Below, piece after piece: positions 18,502-28,823 of a stretch of 64,000 bases of DNA. The translations under genes and the position numbers were made by a program. The DNA is from Planctomycetota bacterium (GTDB lineage Bacteria; Planctomycetota; PLA2; JAEUHO01). The stretch lies in NCBI GenBank assembly GCA_965223505.1, contig CBDCWP010000026.1:96001-160000 (forward strand), given 5' to 3'. The number at the start of each line of letters is the position of its first letter. Position 1 is the stretch's first letter. The notes under the pieces were generated by a model, which saw nothing but the letters and a program-made list of their open reading frames with translations, was not told where the DNA came from and ran no database searches.

Positions 18502-20010
18502 ATGGCCCTTCGTATGACTCTAGCGGTCACTCTTCTATTGGCAGCGCCTTCAATTTGGGCTGACGAGTCGCCAGAGATGGGACGCATGACGGAGGCAACA
18601 AGTGTTGTCGAGCGCAACCTTAGGATGCTGGTCCAGGGCCAAGAAGTTGGCGGTACGCGCGTCCGTGTCGGAAGGACGAAAGATGGGAACCGGCTGGCCG
18701 AGACCGAATCGCTTATCCGCATGACACTCGGGGACGGCGATCGCGACGACAGAGTGATCGAGTCGCGAGCATACTCGCTTGAGTGCTTCGACAGCGACGG
18801 CAGGATGCGTTGGATACGCACCCGAGCGACCGAAGGCGAAGCCGCGACGACGATGAGTGTCCGGTTCAGCGTCACCCACGCACGAATCAAGTGGGACTCG
18901 CCCGACGGCGATGGAGAGGAGCGCATCGAACTGCCCGCAGACTTTAGTTCGGACTACCAGGTCTTTCAGTCACTCGTGAGAGACTTCCGTCGGAACGAAT
19001 CAAGTGCGGCGTCGTACTCGAGATGGGTGGGGGGAGACATCCCGTTCGAAGCAGCTCAAATGACCGTCATTGAGAAGACGTCAGTCACGCATCGGGGCAA
19101 GAAGCACGACGGCTTTCTCATTCAGATGGAAGGGGGCCGAATCGTCGTGGACGCGGATTTCGTTCCCATGCGCGCTACTAGGTTCGGGATATACGAAATT
19201 AAGTGGATCGACGCCCCCCCCTTCGATTTCTCGCCTAGTGGCTGGAACGTAAGCAGTTCCATCCCGGTCGAAGGGCTGGCTCCGACCTCAAAGCACCTCG
19301 AATCGCTAGAGATGATCGCGACCCTCGTTGAAGATGATCCGGCGCCAGTGTTCTCGAGCAATCGATATCAGGACGTGAAAAGGGATGGAAAGACCTACTC
19401 TCTCACCCTAGGTTCGACGCGGCCCAAGTTAGCCGCCCGCCTTGAGTTTCCTCTTGAAGTCACAGATGAAAGGGCCAAGCACTATCTCTCGCCGACTCTC
19501 CTGAGCCAGTCCGACCACCCGCTGATCGTCGAACGGGCGAAGAAGATCGTAGACGGGTCGGGCGACGCGATTGAAGCCGCAACGCGCATCGTGCAATGGG
19601 TCTACACAAACCTTGAGAAGTCGAGCGGTACGATCAGTTCTGCGTCCTCCATTCAAGCCCTCAGGGCGAGAATCGGCGACTGCACCGAGCACGCGGCGCT
19701 TGTTGTGGCGCTTTGTCGTGCCGTTGGAATCCCCGCTCGCAACGTTCGTGGGATCATGTACTTCGTGGCACGCGGCGCGCCCAGAGCTGGATATCACGCG
19801 TGGGCGGAGATATGGCTGGGAGTGTGGACTGGTGTTGATGCGACTATTCCTGAGGTAGGGACTGCGGCCCGCTACATCCTACTCTACGTCGATGAGCCAG
19901 GGGAAAGCGTGAGTCTCGCTGAGCGCTCTCGAGCATTGCTCGGAAAAGTCCGCCTGCGCGTCACCGCATATAGGCCCCAAGGCGGAAAGCGAACGGTCGT
20001 AGAGCGCTGA
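18502..20010 (+). CDS. Secreted transglutaminase-like domain protein
   Basis: Signal peptide; GDCTEHAALVVALCRAVGIPAR, YHAWAE, VDAT give a Cys-His-Asp triad. Confidence 0.88.
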   Translation: MALRMTLAVTLLLAAPSIWADESPEMGRMTEATSVVERNLRMLVQGQEVGGTRVRVGRTKDGNRLAETESLIRMTLGDGDRDDRVIESRAYSLECFDSDGRMRWIRTRATEGEAATTMSVRFSVTHARIKWDSPDGDGEERIELPADFSSDYQVFQSLVRDFRRNESSAASYSRWVGGDIPFEAAQMTVIEKTSVTHRGKKHDGFLIQMEGGRIVVDADFVPMRATRFGIYEIKWIDAPPFDFSPSGWNVSSSIPVEGLAPTSKHLESLEMIATLVEDDPAPVFSSNRYQDVKRDGKTYSLTLGSTRPKLAARLEFPLEVTDERAKHYLSPTLLSQSDHPLIVERAKKIVDGSGDAIEAATRIVQWVYTNLEKSSGTISSASSIQALRARIGDCTEHAALVVALCRAVGIPARNVRGIMYFVARGAPRAGYHAWAEIWLGVWTGVDATIPEVGTAARYILLYVDEPGESVSLAERSRALLGKVRLRVTAYRPQGGKRTVVER

Positions 20011-20047
20011 GTTCACTCGCGTTCAGTCGCCAACTCGCTGAGCGATC

Positions 20048-21121
20048 CTACTTGTTGGAGAGAGCGCGCAAGATGCCGGAGTTCGAGTCGGCGACAGCGG
20101 CAATCGAGTCTCCGTCGCCCAAACCTAGCTGGCTGCGAGTCATGACTCTCACACTTCCGTTGGCGAAACCAACGATAGCCACGTCGCGAAAGTGAAGGTC
20201 GGCTACTAGCGGCTCCGAGCCGCTGCCGTCTTCGGACGCTAGCCTGTAGGCAGCTTCCGCGTTGCGCCGGCCGGCGTACGACGTCAGGTCGCTGAAGTCG
20301 TCGACGCGTGAGAACTCACCGCTCGCGATCGCGTCATAGCGACTTCGCCCCACTGACGCAAGTGAGCGGTGCCTGTCCGCCGGACTGAAGAGGATCTCTA
20401 GATGGGCCTCACCGCGAACATCCAGTCGGCCATCCGCCACGAGCGCGACAATGAACGCCTTCCCGGAATAGGGCGGATACCCTCCCGTGTTCGGCTTGTT
20501 GAGTGCAGTCAGGATCTTTCGGATGTTGTCGATAGAGCGAGCCTGGTCAGCTGCGACCCGCTGCCCCGCCAGCAAGCCCTTCATGTAGCGTCCAGGTGAC
20601 TTCGCGGACTCCGCCCACTGACGCTTCAGAAACGTAGTCATCATGCCATGAGCACCCGTACCGGTATCCACGAGCATCGGCCGCCCCGTGTTCGACGAAG
20701 TAGCCCAATCGAGATGGACGCGCCGAGAGCCAACTGTGTACGTCACCCTCCGCGACCCAGTCGAGAGTTCGCTTGAGACCAGCTCAGTTTCAGCCGGATT
20801 GTCTGGTCTGGGGGCCCTATCGATCAGACTGACCACGAGAAATCGCGCAAGATCGCGCATTAGTGAGTCGCTCTCGGCGGCCAGACTCGCGACGGCACGA
20901 ACGCCAAAGACCCGTCGCGCGATCTCAGGCACGTCAACATAGCGCGCCAGAACATCGAGGCTATCGGGCTCACCCAAATTCGCCGGAACCCGTAGGAGAT
21001 TGCGGGTTGCCGCGGTGACTGCCTCCTCGCTCGGTGCACGTACTCCGTCGTTTTCCTTCGCGGACACGTGCACTACGCCCCAGAGACCAAGAACAACAGC
21101 TATGCAAAGCGCGCGACGCAT
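20048..21121 (-). CDS. Secreted protein with C-terminal H-X9-DG-like domain; paralog of 25301-25873
   Basis: Signal peptide MRRALCIAVVLGLWG; HFRDVAIVGFANGSVR; aligns by eye with 25301-25873. Confidence 0.7.
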   Translation of the reverse strand: MRRALCIAVVLGLWGVVHVSAKENDGVRAPSEEAVTAATRNLLRVPANLGEPDSLDVLARYVDVPEIARRVFGVRAVASLAAESDSLMRDLARFLVVSLIDRAPRPDNPAETELVSSELSTGSRRVTYTVGSRRVHLDWATSSNTGRPMLVDTGTGAHGMMTTFLKRQWAESAKSPGRYMKGLLAGQRVAADQARSIDNIRKILTALNKPNTGGYPPYSGKAFIVALVADGRLDVRGEAHLEILFSPADRHRSLASVGRSRYDAIASGEFSRVDDFSDLTSYAGRRNAEAAYRLASEDGSGSEPLVADLHFRDVAIVGFANGSVRVMTRSQLGLGDGDSIAAVADSNSGILRALSNK

Positions 21122-21244
21122 GTGAATCCTCCGTGCCACTTCCGCCAGAACACGGCGAAGGGCAGCCGCGCTCATCCCCGGTCTCGACGGCCCGCCACAG
21201 GATACCGTAGGTTGTCGCTCCCACGCCGACGGCGATCGTGCAGA

Positions 21245-21555
21245 GTCGTGCACGGACGTGCGCACAGTCATGCCGATTTGTGGCAAAGACACCCGAGGCT
21301 GAATCTGCAACTTACGCCGTTGCAAACAGTTACGACTTGGGCTCGCCGGCCTGTCAAGCCGGAGGTCGCGGGTTCGAGTCCCGTCACTCCCGCCATTCTT
21401 GTTGCGCCCAGTTGCACTATCTCGCGCCCCGGTGCGCACTTCGGGCGATCTCGCGCCACGGCCGCCGATTCCTTACATCTCGCAACGATGTGCGAGGAAG
21501 TGCGAGGTCGTGGCAGAAGAACAGCAAAGAAGTGGTCATAGTCACTTTGCGGCGC
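21245..21555 (+). repeat. Junction att site 2: left arm (21245-21343), tRNA-Asp 3' core (21344-21399), right arm with the 45-bp motif (21503-21547)
   Basis: Core identical to the tRNA; left arm homologous to 26021-26119; right arm homologous to 422-575. Confidence 0.92.
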
Positions 21556-21574
21556 GGGTTCTTCGTGGACCCAC

Positions 21575-22509
21575 TCACACCTTCCAGAGGAGCTGACTTC
21601 CCTCTCGGCGCACGCGGCCTCGCTGTACCAGCACATCCAGCCCCAGGCTCATGCGGGCCTTCAGTTGCTTGCCCATTCGGTTGAACCCTAGGACACGGCC
21701 GGCCTCGCGAGACAAGTCGTCCGCGTCCATGCTGACTTGGTCGCGCAGCACCGCTGCAGCGGCGTTGGCAACCTCTTCGGGGGGGATTTCGTTCGCGTTG
21801 CGGCGGTCCCGATCTTCACGGCCCTGGACTCTCACGACGTCGTACGTGCGGGGGTCCTGGTGCGAGGCCCATAGGAACGTCGACGGTCCGGCCTTCGTCT
21901 CGATCAATGCGAGAGGTCGCAGTGCCTGCGCCATGCGACCAAGGACACGGTCTGTTGCTTTCTGGAGCCCGAATGCCTCCACAACCCGGCGGCAGAGCAA
22001 GCGGTACTCGATCGGTGCCTCTTGGTCGAGCACGCGCTGGGCGAGTTCCTGTATTGCTGCGGTTCGGGAGCTTGAATAGAAGGCATCCGGTCCGCCACGG
22101 GCCTTGAGCACCGGGGTTGCTCGGTACGTCCGGCCCGCCGGCGCGAACACCTGTTTCGCTGGCGCGGGTGAAGGTGAAGCTACGGCCGCCATGTGTGCAC
22201 TGGACGCGAAGAGGCCGGAGCTAGTCGCCATGACGTCATCAGCTCCGCCGCCTTCGGCATTGGTTGAGGTGGGACGTCCGAGTTCCTCAAAACGTTGAAC
22301 GACACGCTCAATCTCGCGATCCGGATCCAGCCACCAGTCCGTCGACCAGATGCGGTGCAATGACCAACCGAGACTTTCCAACACGGCTTGTCGTAGGCGG
22401 TCTCGGTCACGAGCCGTCTTGCCGCTGTGGTACATGGCTCCGTCGCACTCAATCCCCAATCGGAACCGGCCCGGCACGTCGGGGTCCTTGATGCCAAGAT
22501 CGACACGGT
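21575..22509 (-). pseudogene. C-terminal fragment of a DUF4011/SF1-helicase-type protein (Vsr-like nuclease + DUF3320-like)
   Basis: RVDLGIKDP..PGRFRLGIECDGAMYHSGKTARDRDRLRQAVLESLGWSLHRIWSTDW; 5' part replaced by the partial transposon. Confidence 0.8.
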
Positions 22510-23298
22510 GAGGCGCCTGCTACGGGTGGCGCTGCGTCGATGGCGCTGGTATCGGAGGCGGCTAAAGTGGGTTCGTGCCGGGGCGGTGTGGGCGGCGGAC
22601 TTCACCAGGCCCAAGGCTGGCCTGTGGCAGGGCAAGGATCGACTGTTCCTGGTTCGCGATCTCGGAAGCGGAGCGCAGCTGGCGGCCGTAGCCTGCCGGG
22701 GCGAGAAGACGAAGACTGTGTGCTCGGTGCTGCTCGCTTTGATCACGCTGTTCGGAGCGCCGCTCGTTCTGAAGAAGGACAACGCCGGCGCGTTTCGCTC
22801 GGAGCAAACGAAGGCGTTGCTCGAGGAGCACGGCATCACGCCACTCACGTCGCCGCCGTACACGCCCGCCTACAACGGCGCGTGCGAACGAAGCGGCGGC
22901 AACTTCAAGCGACGTGTGGAGCACATCGCGCAGATGGAAGAACATCCCCGCATCTGGCTCCCTCAAAACCTCGACGACGCCTTGCTCGTTGCGAATACGA
23001 CGGCGAGGCCATGGGGTGCGACCGGGCCCACGCCGGCGGAGGCCCTCGAAGACCGCCGGCCCATCACGAGGCAAGAGAGAACAGCATTCGAGCACGATCT
23101 GAAGTTCGAGACCGATGCCGCGCTCAAGACATTCAAGGAAAGAAACGCTAGAATGCCGATGTGCATCGAGCGCGCGTCAATCGACCGCAGCGCGACGCAG
23201 AGAACGCTCTGCAAGCACGGCTATCTACAGTTCCGGAGAGGGCGCTTATCAACACTAGTTTCCGCTTGGCGGACGCGGCCTAACGCGTAGGGGACACA
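22510..23298 (+). mobile_element. Partial copy 3 of the dual-DDE transposon (3' part of second transposase + right end)
   Basis: Near-identical to about 16397-17184; ends GGGGACACA. Confidence 0.92.
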
Positions 23299-23801
23299 GA
23301 AGCACCATGCCGAGAAAGAATGGACCTGGACTATGGTCTGTGATCCACAGGACAGCCTTTACTACGTGACGTCGCACTACACAACGTCAGCGCAAAGCTA
23401 CATGTTCACAGAGGTTGACGATATCCTGGACTGTGATTACGCCAACGCGATTAACTACATTCGGATCAAGAACAGAGGTTGACGATATCCTGGACTGTGA
23501 TTACGCCAACGCGATTAACTACATTCGGATCAAGAACGACAATCTGGGCGAAGCATACCGCACCTACAAGGACGAGATTGAATCTGAGAACACCAATTCC
23601 AGTTCAGAAAATGTCAGAAGCAAGCAAAGCGGCACCGGAACAACGGCCGCAGTCGGGGATGGGTCGTTGTTCAGCGCGAGCACGAAGATAGAGTGTCACA
23701 CGTACGCAAAGAGCGAAGCACACGCACACGGCAACTTGGTCGAGTACACCTGTGGCCCGAATTTCCTTCCGATTCCAGCACCTCCGGATGACGACGACTA
23801 G
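23299..23801 (+). pseudogene. 5'-truncated low-GC gene fragment frameshifted by a 64-bp duplication
   Basis: Frame KHHAEKEWTWTMVCDPQ...TEVDDILDCDY runs on to PAPPDDDD-stop if one 64-bp unit is removed. Confidence 0.6.
23408..23537 (+). repeat. Perfect 64-bp tandem duplication
   Basis: ACAGAGGTTGACG...GGATCAAGA begins at both 23408 and 23472. Confidence 0.95.
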
Positions 23802-23807
23802 GCTCCT

Positions 23808-25295
23808 TTGCGATTCCGTACCGTCGTTTTCCTTCTGGTCTTGGCAGTGGCGGGCGCCTTCTCATGGGTCGCGATACGAGACCGGCCGCACGCCAACAGT
23901 ACTCAGCAGACTGGCGCATGGCCCATTCCCGCTACTGAATCACCATCGCTTTCGGGCGCGGCAGCTCAGACGCGGCCAGACGATGAGGCCCCATCGCGTC
24001 ATGATCCGCTATCGCGGCGCATGCGAGCGCTAAGTGATGCGATCTTGAACGCGGGTCCGATGGAAGTCAGGGCGACCCTGATGTCTCTCGCAGAGCTTGT
24101 ATGCCGTGACCCGAGACTTGCAGGTCGGCTTGCGTCCGAGGCCCTGAGTGCTAGCGAGCGCGGGAACCAACGCCTCGCGGCCGACATTCTCTATGCGATG
24201 GGGCGATGCAAGAACAGCGAGGTCTTGGAACACTTGATCCGAGTGCTCCGGGACGAAGACGCGCCCGCGCCGCTACGCGGAGCCGCAGCGATCGGCCTGG
24301 CGCAGCGTCGAGTTATCGACCTGCGCTACAGGGCCGGGCGAGTGGGAATTGCATTCGGCGATACGCATCTTGACGGGCCAATCGAAGAGGCGTTTGTACG
24401 AGAGGCCATACTCGAAACACTTGTCACCATGTTTCGTGATCGGAACATCTCCAAGGAACACAGCGGCCATACCCTTTACCAGTTAATTCATGCGCTTGGA
24501 GGCAGCGCCACAGTGGACCATGGCGTGTTTTCGACACTGGAAGAGATCGGAGATGCGGCTCCTAGCTACACACCCTGGGTTCTGTCTGCGTTCCAACTCT
24601 CCCTTGGCAGCAGCCAGGCGGCGTATGCCAGGGCGATATTGTTTCGCCCCGATGCAGACGACGCCACCCTTCAAGCTGCGATGTCGCTATTGATCCGTTC
24701 GGACCTAAAGGGGGCGGCTGCTATCGCGGCGTCTCTCCTCGCCGCACGTTCCGGCTCCGATGCCGTCGCGCTCCTAACCGCAATGGGCACCATAGGCGTT
24801 GTCGAGGAGGGCGAAATGCATGCAGTTGAAGCGCTGTGTCAAGCGGCGGTTGAGTGGGCGCGGCAGCATCCGACAGTTCGGCTAGAGGACCAAACCGAGG
24901 TGAGTACTGGAAGCGCATTGCAAGGGGTGCTCAGCGTGGCTCTCGCTCGAGGCGCATCCGAGTCGAGAGTCATAGTAGGGTACTGCGCGAACGCCTTACT
25001 CGAACGCCTCGAGTCAGACAATTTGTCATCCGATCGGGAGCTGGCAATCGCTGTCCAAACATGCGTGTCGCTCGGTCGGTCACAGTTCATTGACGAGTTC
25101 GTCTCGCGGCTAAGGGGAAGCACCCTGAACTCTGAACGTTTGGCGCATACGATACTCTCCATTCGCCAAGGGACATCGCGCAAGAGATGGGAGAAGTTTG
25201 AGGCGAGAATACTCAGCCTCCTGGACCGTCTTCCACCAGAACTGATGAAGCGCACCGAGAAGGCCCTAGGAGAGTTCCCAGACCCACGGAAGTAG
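23808..25295 (+). CDS. Membrane-anchored HEAT-repeat-like protein
   Basis: N-terminal hydrophobic helix; LIRVLRDEDAPAPLRGAAAIGLA. Confidence 0.65.
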   Translation: MRFRTVVFLLVLAVAGAFSWVAIRDRPHANSTQQTGAWPIPATESPSLSGAAAQTRPDDEAPSRHDPLSRRMRALSDAILNAGPMEVRATLMSLAELVCRDPRLAGRLASEALSASERGNQRLAADILYAMGRCKNSEVLEHLIRVLRDEDAPAPLRGAAAIGLAQRRVIDLRYRAGRVGIAFGDTHLDGPIEEAFVREAILETLVTMFRDRNISKEHSGHTLYQLIHALGGSATVDHGVFSTLEEIGDAAPSYTPWVLSAFQLSLGSSQAAYARAILFRPDADDATLQAAMSLLIRSDLKGAAAIAASLLAARSGSDAVALLTAMGTIGVVEEGEMHAVEALCQAAVEWARQHPTVRLEDQTEVSTGSALQGVLSVALARGASESRVIVGYCANALLERLESDNLSSDRELAIAVQTCVSLGRSQFIDEFVSRLRGSTLNSERLAHTILSIRQGTSRKRWEKFEARILSLLDRLPPELMKRTEKALGEFPDPRK

Positions 25296-25300
25296 CGCCT

Positions 25301-25873
25301 CTACTCGGAGAGGAGTCTCAGCAATGGTGACAATGAGTCAGGCCCGGCGCGAATCGGGTCGTCCCCAGAAATTCCAAGCTCCTCGCGGCTGAGAACTCTC
25401 ACGGAGCCGTCAAAGAACGCAATGACCGCGAAGTCCTCGAAGCACAGCTCAGCGATCAGCGGGGGAGGAAGACTAGACTGCCTTGGTTCGTTTGCGCGAT
25501 CGGTGCTGCGCCCGACCGGACCTACGAAGCTCGTCAGATTCGGGAACCGCTCGCTTCTGAGCGCCTCTCCGGTGACCATCGCGTAGGCGCCTGCCGCCGG
25601 TCGCCGGCGACTGTCGTTCGGCGAGAAGAGGAGTTCAAGGTGATCCGGGTTTCTGAGCGGGTCGAGAGTGCCGTCCGCAACCAGCGAAAGGACGTAGCTC
25701 TTCCCGACTTCGATCCGGTTGGCGCTCGATCGCATCAGCAGGGCTGAAAGCGTCTTCAGCCTGTCAACGGAGACACTCAGATCGCGGTCCAAACTCGAGT
25801 GTGCAGGCGTGAGCAGCCACGCGCCGAGCGCTGCGGCGGCCACAAACAGCAGAAGAGCTACGTATCTTGACAC
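25301..25873 (-). CDS. Membrane-anchored protein, paralog of the C-terminal domain of 20048-21121
   Basis: LVADGTLD..HLELLFSP..TSFVG..AVIAFFDGSVRVLSREELG. Confidence 0.7.
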   Translation of the reverse strand: MSRYVALLLFVAAAALGAWLLTPAHSSLDRDLSVSVDRLKTLSALLMRSSANRIEVGKSYVLSLVADGTLDPLRNPDHLELLFSPNDSRRRPAAGAYAMVTGEALRSERFPNLTSFVGPVGRSTDRANEPRQSSLPPPLIAELCFEDFAVIAFFDGSVRVLSREELGISGDDPIRAGPDSLSPLLRLLSE

Positions 25874-26020
25874 ACCTCTTTCATTTTACTCCAGTGGAGC
25901 AACTTCGCCACTGTATCGAGCGTGTCGACCCCATCGCGCGCGGGCAAGGTGGCCCGGTCGGTCGAGACGGACCTCGCGCGCCAACGATCGTCGGAGCCAT
26001 CGCCGCTCGCTCAACGCGAG

Positions 26021-26330
26021 GTCGTGCAACGACGCGCGCACAGTCATGCAGATTTGTGGCAAAGACGCTCGCGGCCGGTCTTGCAACTGACGCCGTTGCA
26101 AGCAGTTACGACTTGGCCTCGCCGGCCTGTCAAGCCGGAGGTCGCGGGTTCGAGTCCCGTCACTCCCGCCAGTCTTCTTGCACGACGTCGCCCCAACTTG
26201 CGCGACGTTGCACGCTTGCGGCGATCTCCCTAGCGGAGCGCCCGATCCCTTACTTCTCGCAGCAATGTGCAAGGACGTGCGAGGTCGTGGCAGAAGAACA
26301 GCAAAGAAGTGGTCATAGTCACTTGGCGCT
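26021..26330 (+). repeat. Junction att site 3: left arm, tRNA-Asp 3' core (26120-26171), right arm with the 45-bp motif (26280-26324)
   Basis: Homologous to 21245-21555 and to 366-575. Confidence 0.92.
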
Positions 26331-26432
26331 TCTCAGTCAGCCGGCCGAGTGTGGCGTTCCGACCGATCGGCAGGGACGGAGTGGTGACCCGGGTCCCAAC
26401 TTCCGGTTACCGAGCGGGGTGAAGCTACTCGC

Positions 26433-27957
26433 GTGAGGCGTTGTCTTCCCCATCTGCTCTTGCTCGGCGCCATCACACTGGTAACAGCCTTCACGGCCTC
26501 GACGGTCGGAGAAACGTCTGCAGCACCTGAGGCCGACGCTGGCGGGCCGTGCGGCCTACCCGACAGCGGTGCCGTCTGCGAACGGCCGCTTCTCGGCGCG
26601 AAGCCATCAGACGGAATCGATGAAAGTCCTTGGACGCAATCGCCGCCAGTCGAGCTTCCGACGAAGGCCCGCGGGCTCGGCGCGAGACCGTTTGGCGGCA
26701 TGGATTTCGATCCTTGGACGCAATCATCGCCCACCGATCCTCGGACGCAGTTGCCACCGGCCGTTCCGCGGAAGCGATCGCCGCCCGCCGTTGTTCCGTC
26801 GCGAGCCGGACGGCGCGACAAGAGCAAAGAGAAGTGGCGAGTTCAACGCGCACTACCGGGTACGAACGGCGAACTGATCGTCGCTGAGGAGTATCTCGAA
26901 GAAGCGAGCGCGACCAAAGCGGCCCTCGTCGCCTATGACCTGTCCTCGCTTGCACCTAGTTTCCGTGGGCATAGCGCCTCCGCGCCGCTCAAAGGCCACG
27001 AGCCACTTGCTGCATGGCCCCCCCGCGACCATGACTGGTGGACCCGGCTCGCTACGGCCATCGTGGACAGGGTCGGCGAATCCGGCTGGGCGAAAGACAG
27101 TACGCTCCTCGCCTGGGACAAGGAACGGGCGCTGCTCTTCGCGGCTAGGGGACATCGACCTCGAGGTGTCGTGGTGCACGCACGCACCTCGCTTCGGGAC
27201 GTTCTCGACGAGTCTCGTTGGATCCCACGTCAACGTCACGATCGAGATCCCAGACACAGACCCGTTGAGCTGGCGAGGCCGCCTGCCCGCAGTGCCGGGC
27301 ACCAGCTCGGTGATCCCCCTGGGCGAGGGCCTCTCGTGTGAAATCGAAGTAGGCGAGCCGAAGCGCGCCGACCGACCCCTGAAGCGCACCTGGCGCCGCG
27401 CCTCACCGTCGTTAGGTCCCCCACCCCCAGCGGGCGAGGGCTCGGTACTCGTGTTCGATCTCTCAGGCTCCGAGAGCGGGAAACTCGGCGAGGGGCAAGT
27501 CACCCTGCGTGGCCCACATCAGGTCGTCCAAAGTGATGTCCGACGCTGTTCTCCTGCGTGGCTTGCGGCGGCGTACGACCGAGACCCTCTCCGACCGCCA
27601 GGAGTCGGCACCGGACCCGTTGCCTGTGGGCAGATTCGCGTGCAGGCATCGTCGTTCGACGCCACCCGCGAGCCCTCTCGTATCGATCTTGTGCTCGTGG
27701 TCAGCGAGTGGACCGGGGACACACGGCTAGTTCAACTGCGACCTGGCGGCACGCCGGAGTTTGACCGCAGCCGCTTAGTGGAACTTCCGTCGGATCATGC
27801 CGTGGTCACGAGCCGCCACGTTTTCATTTCGCCGGAAGGCGAAGGCTCCGTCTCCTTTGCCGGCGACATCGGCCGCGGTCCCGAGCTCTTCACCCTTGCC
27901 TTACAGCGACGTCAGGTGCCGCAAGATACGGATGCAGGCTCGCGTCGCGGGCAGTGA
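26433..27957 (+). pseudogene. Probable frameshifted secreted protein (two overlapping ORFs)
   Basis: Signal peptide at 26433; internal PWTQS repeat; plausible frame switch near 27150 into ORF 26935-27957. Confidence 0.4.
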
Positions 27958-27971
27958 CCAGTCAGGAAGCA

Positions 27972-28016
27972 CGAGGTCGTGGCAGAAGAACAGCAAAGAA
28001 GTGGTCATAGTCACTT
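27972..28016 (+). repeat. Solo 45-bp arm motif, copy 4 (no tRNA core)
   Basis: Exact match to 21503-21547; lies 14 bp after the preceding stop codon. Confidence 0.95.
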
Positions 28017-28106
28017 GGCGGCGCGGGTCTCGGGTGCGCTCACGAGCGTCAAGCGCTACTCTCGTCGGTAGCTCCCCCTCGATGGGCGTGTCCTCAGGGC
28101 CTGGCC

Positions 28107-28550
28107 ATGACCGAGCTCATGATCATCCAAGACAGCCTCTGTCGTCCCACGGCGTTCTTCTGGAACGGTGCGATCGACGCAGCTCGCCTGCGAGCGTGGC
28201 TTCACCGCAACGGTCTAGAAGCCAAGTGCCCGAACGACCTTGTCCGACTGTGGCAAGTCACAGGCGGCGGAAACTTCTTCGAGTCGGAGACCATCCTTGG
28301 GCCGTACGGAGATGCCCAAATGGGGGACGACTTCTTGGGAGCGAACGAGCACCTGAGGGCTCGGGGGCTGCCGCCCCGGTTCCTGGCGTTCTCTACGGGA
28401 ATGTCCATCGGTGCCGTGGATGTTTCCACAGGTGAGTTCGTGGAGCTGGGCAATGAAGGACTTGACGTGCGCTGTCGCTACGTGTCGCTGGACCATTGGT
28501 ACTCAAGTACGGTCAGAGACGAACTCGGCGCGAGGTATGGCTTGGCCTGA
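28107..28550 (+). CDS. SMI1/KNR4 (SUKH)-like immunity protein
   Basis: CPNDLVRLWQVTGGG...FLAFS...SLDHWY pattern; 147 aa. Confidence 0.65.
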   Translation: MTELMIIQDSLCRPTAFFWNGAIDAARLRAWLHRNGLEAKCPNDLVRLWQVTGGGNFFESETILGPYGDAQMGDDFLGANEHLRARGLPPRFLAFSTGMSIGAVDVSTGEFVELGNEGLDVRCRYVSLDHWYSSTVRDELGARYGLA

Positions 28551-28823
28551 GCGTCCCCAGCGCCGCGACGACGGCGCGGGCCAGCGTCGCCGTCGTCAGG
28601 GCAACTGCGAAACTCCATCCGTTCACCGGCGTATGACTCCAATCGGCACAATGATGGATCATACTGGACCGAATCGCCGCCGCCCCTGCGGAAGTGCAGC
28701 GGGGGCCAATAGGGCGGAGTATGGCCCGGAGAGCACTCGGGTATGAGACGTCGCTTCCGTCTAAGCTAGCCGGCCGTCCGGGAAGAGCACTTCGATGCGG
28801 ATCGAACGGAAGTACGTCGGCGA

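Larger units (their letters stand above)
422..21343. mobile_element. Integrative element 1 (phage-satellite/IME-like) in tRNA-Asp
   Basis: Bounded by direct repeats of the tRNA 3' half; contains integrase, HTH, primase-helicase and ParB-MTase. Confidence 0.85.
21400..26119. mobile_element. Integrative element 2 (internally deleted, no integrase)
   Basis: Bounded by att cores 2 and 3 with both arms intact. Confidence 0.75.

Noticed and set aside
21344..21399. Additional tRNA-Asp genes here and at 26120-26171
   Set aside because: Both lack the 5' acceptor strand and D arm; they are att-site duplications.
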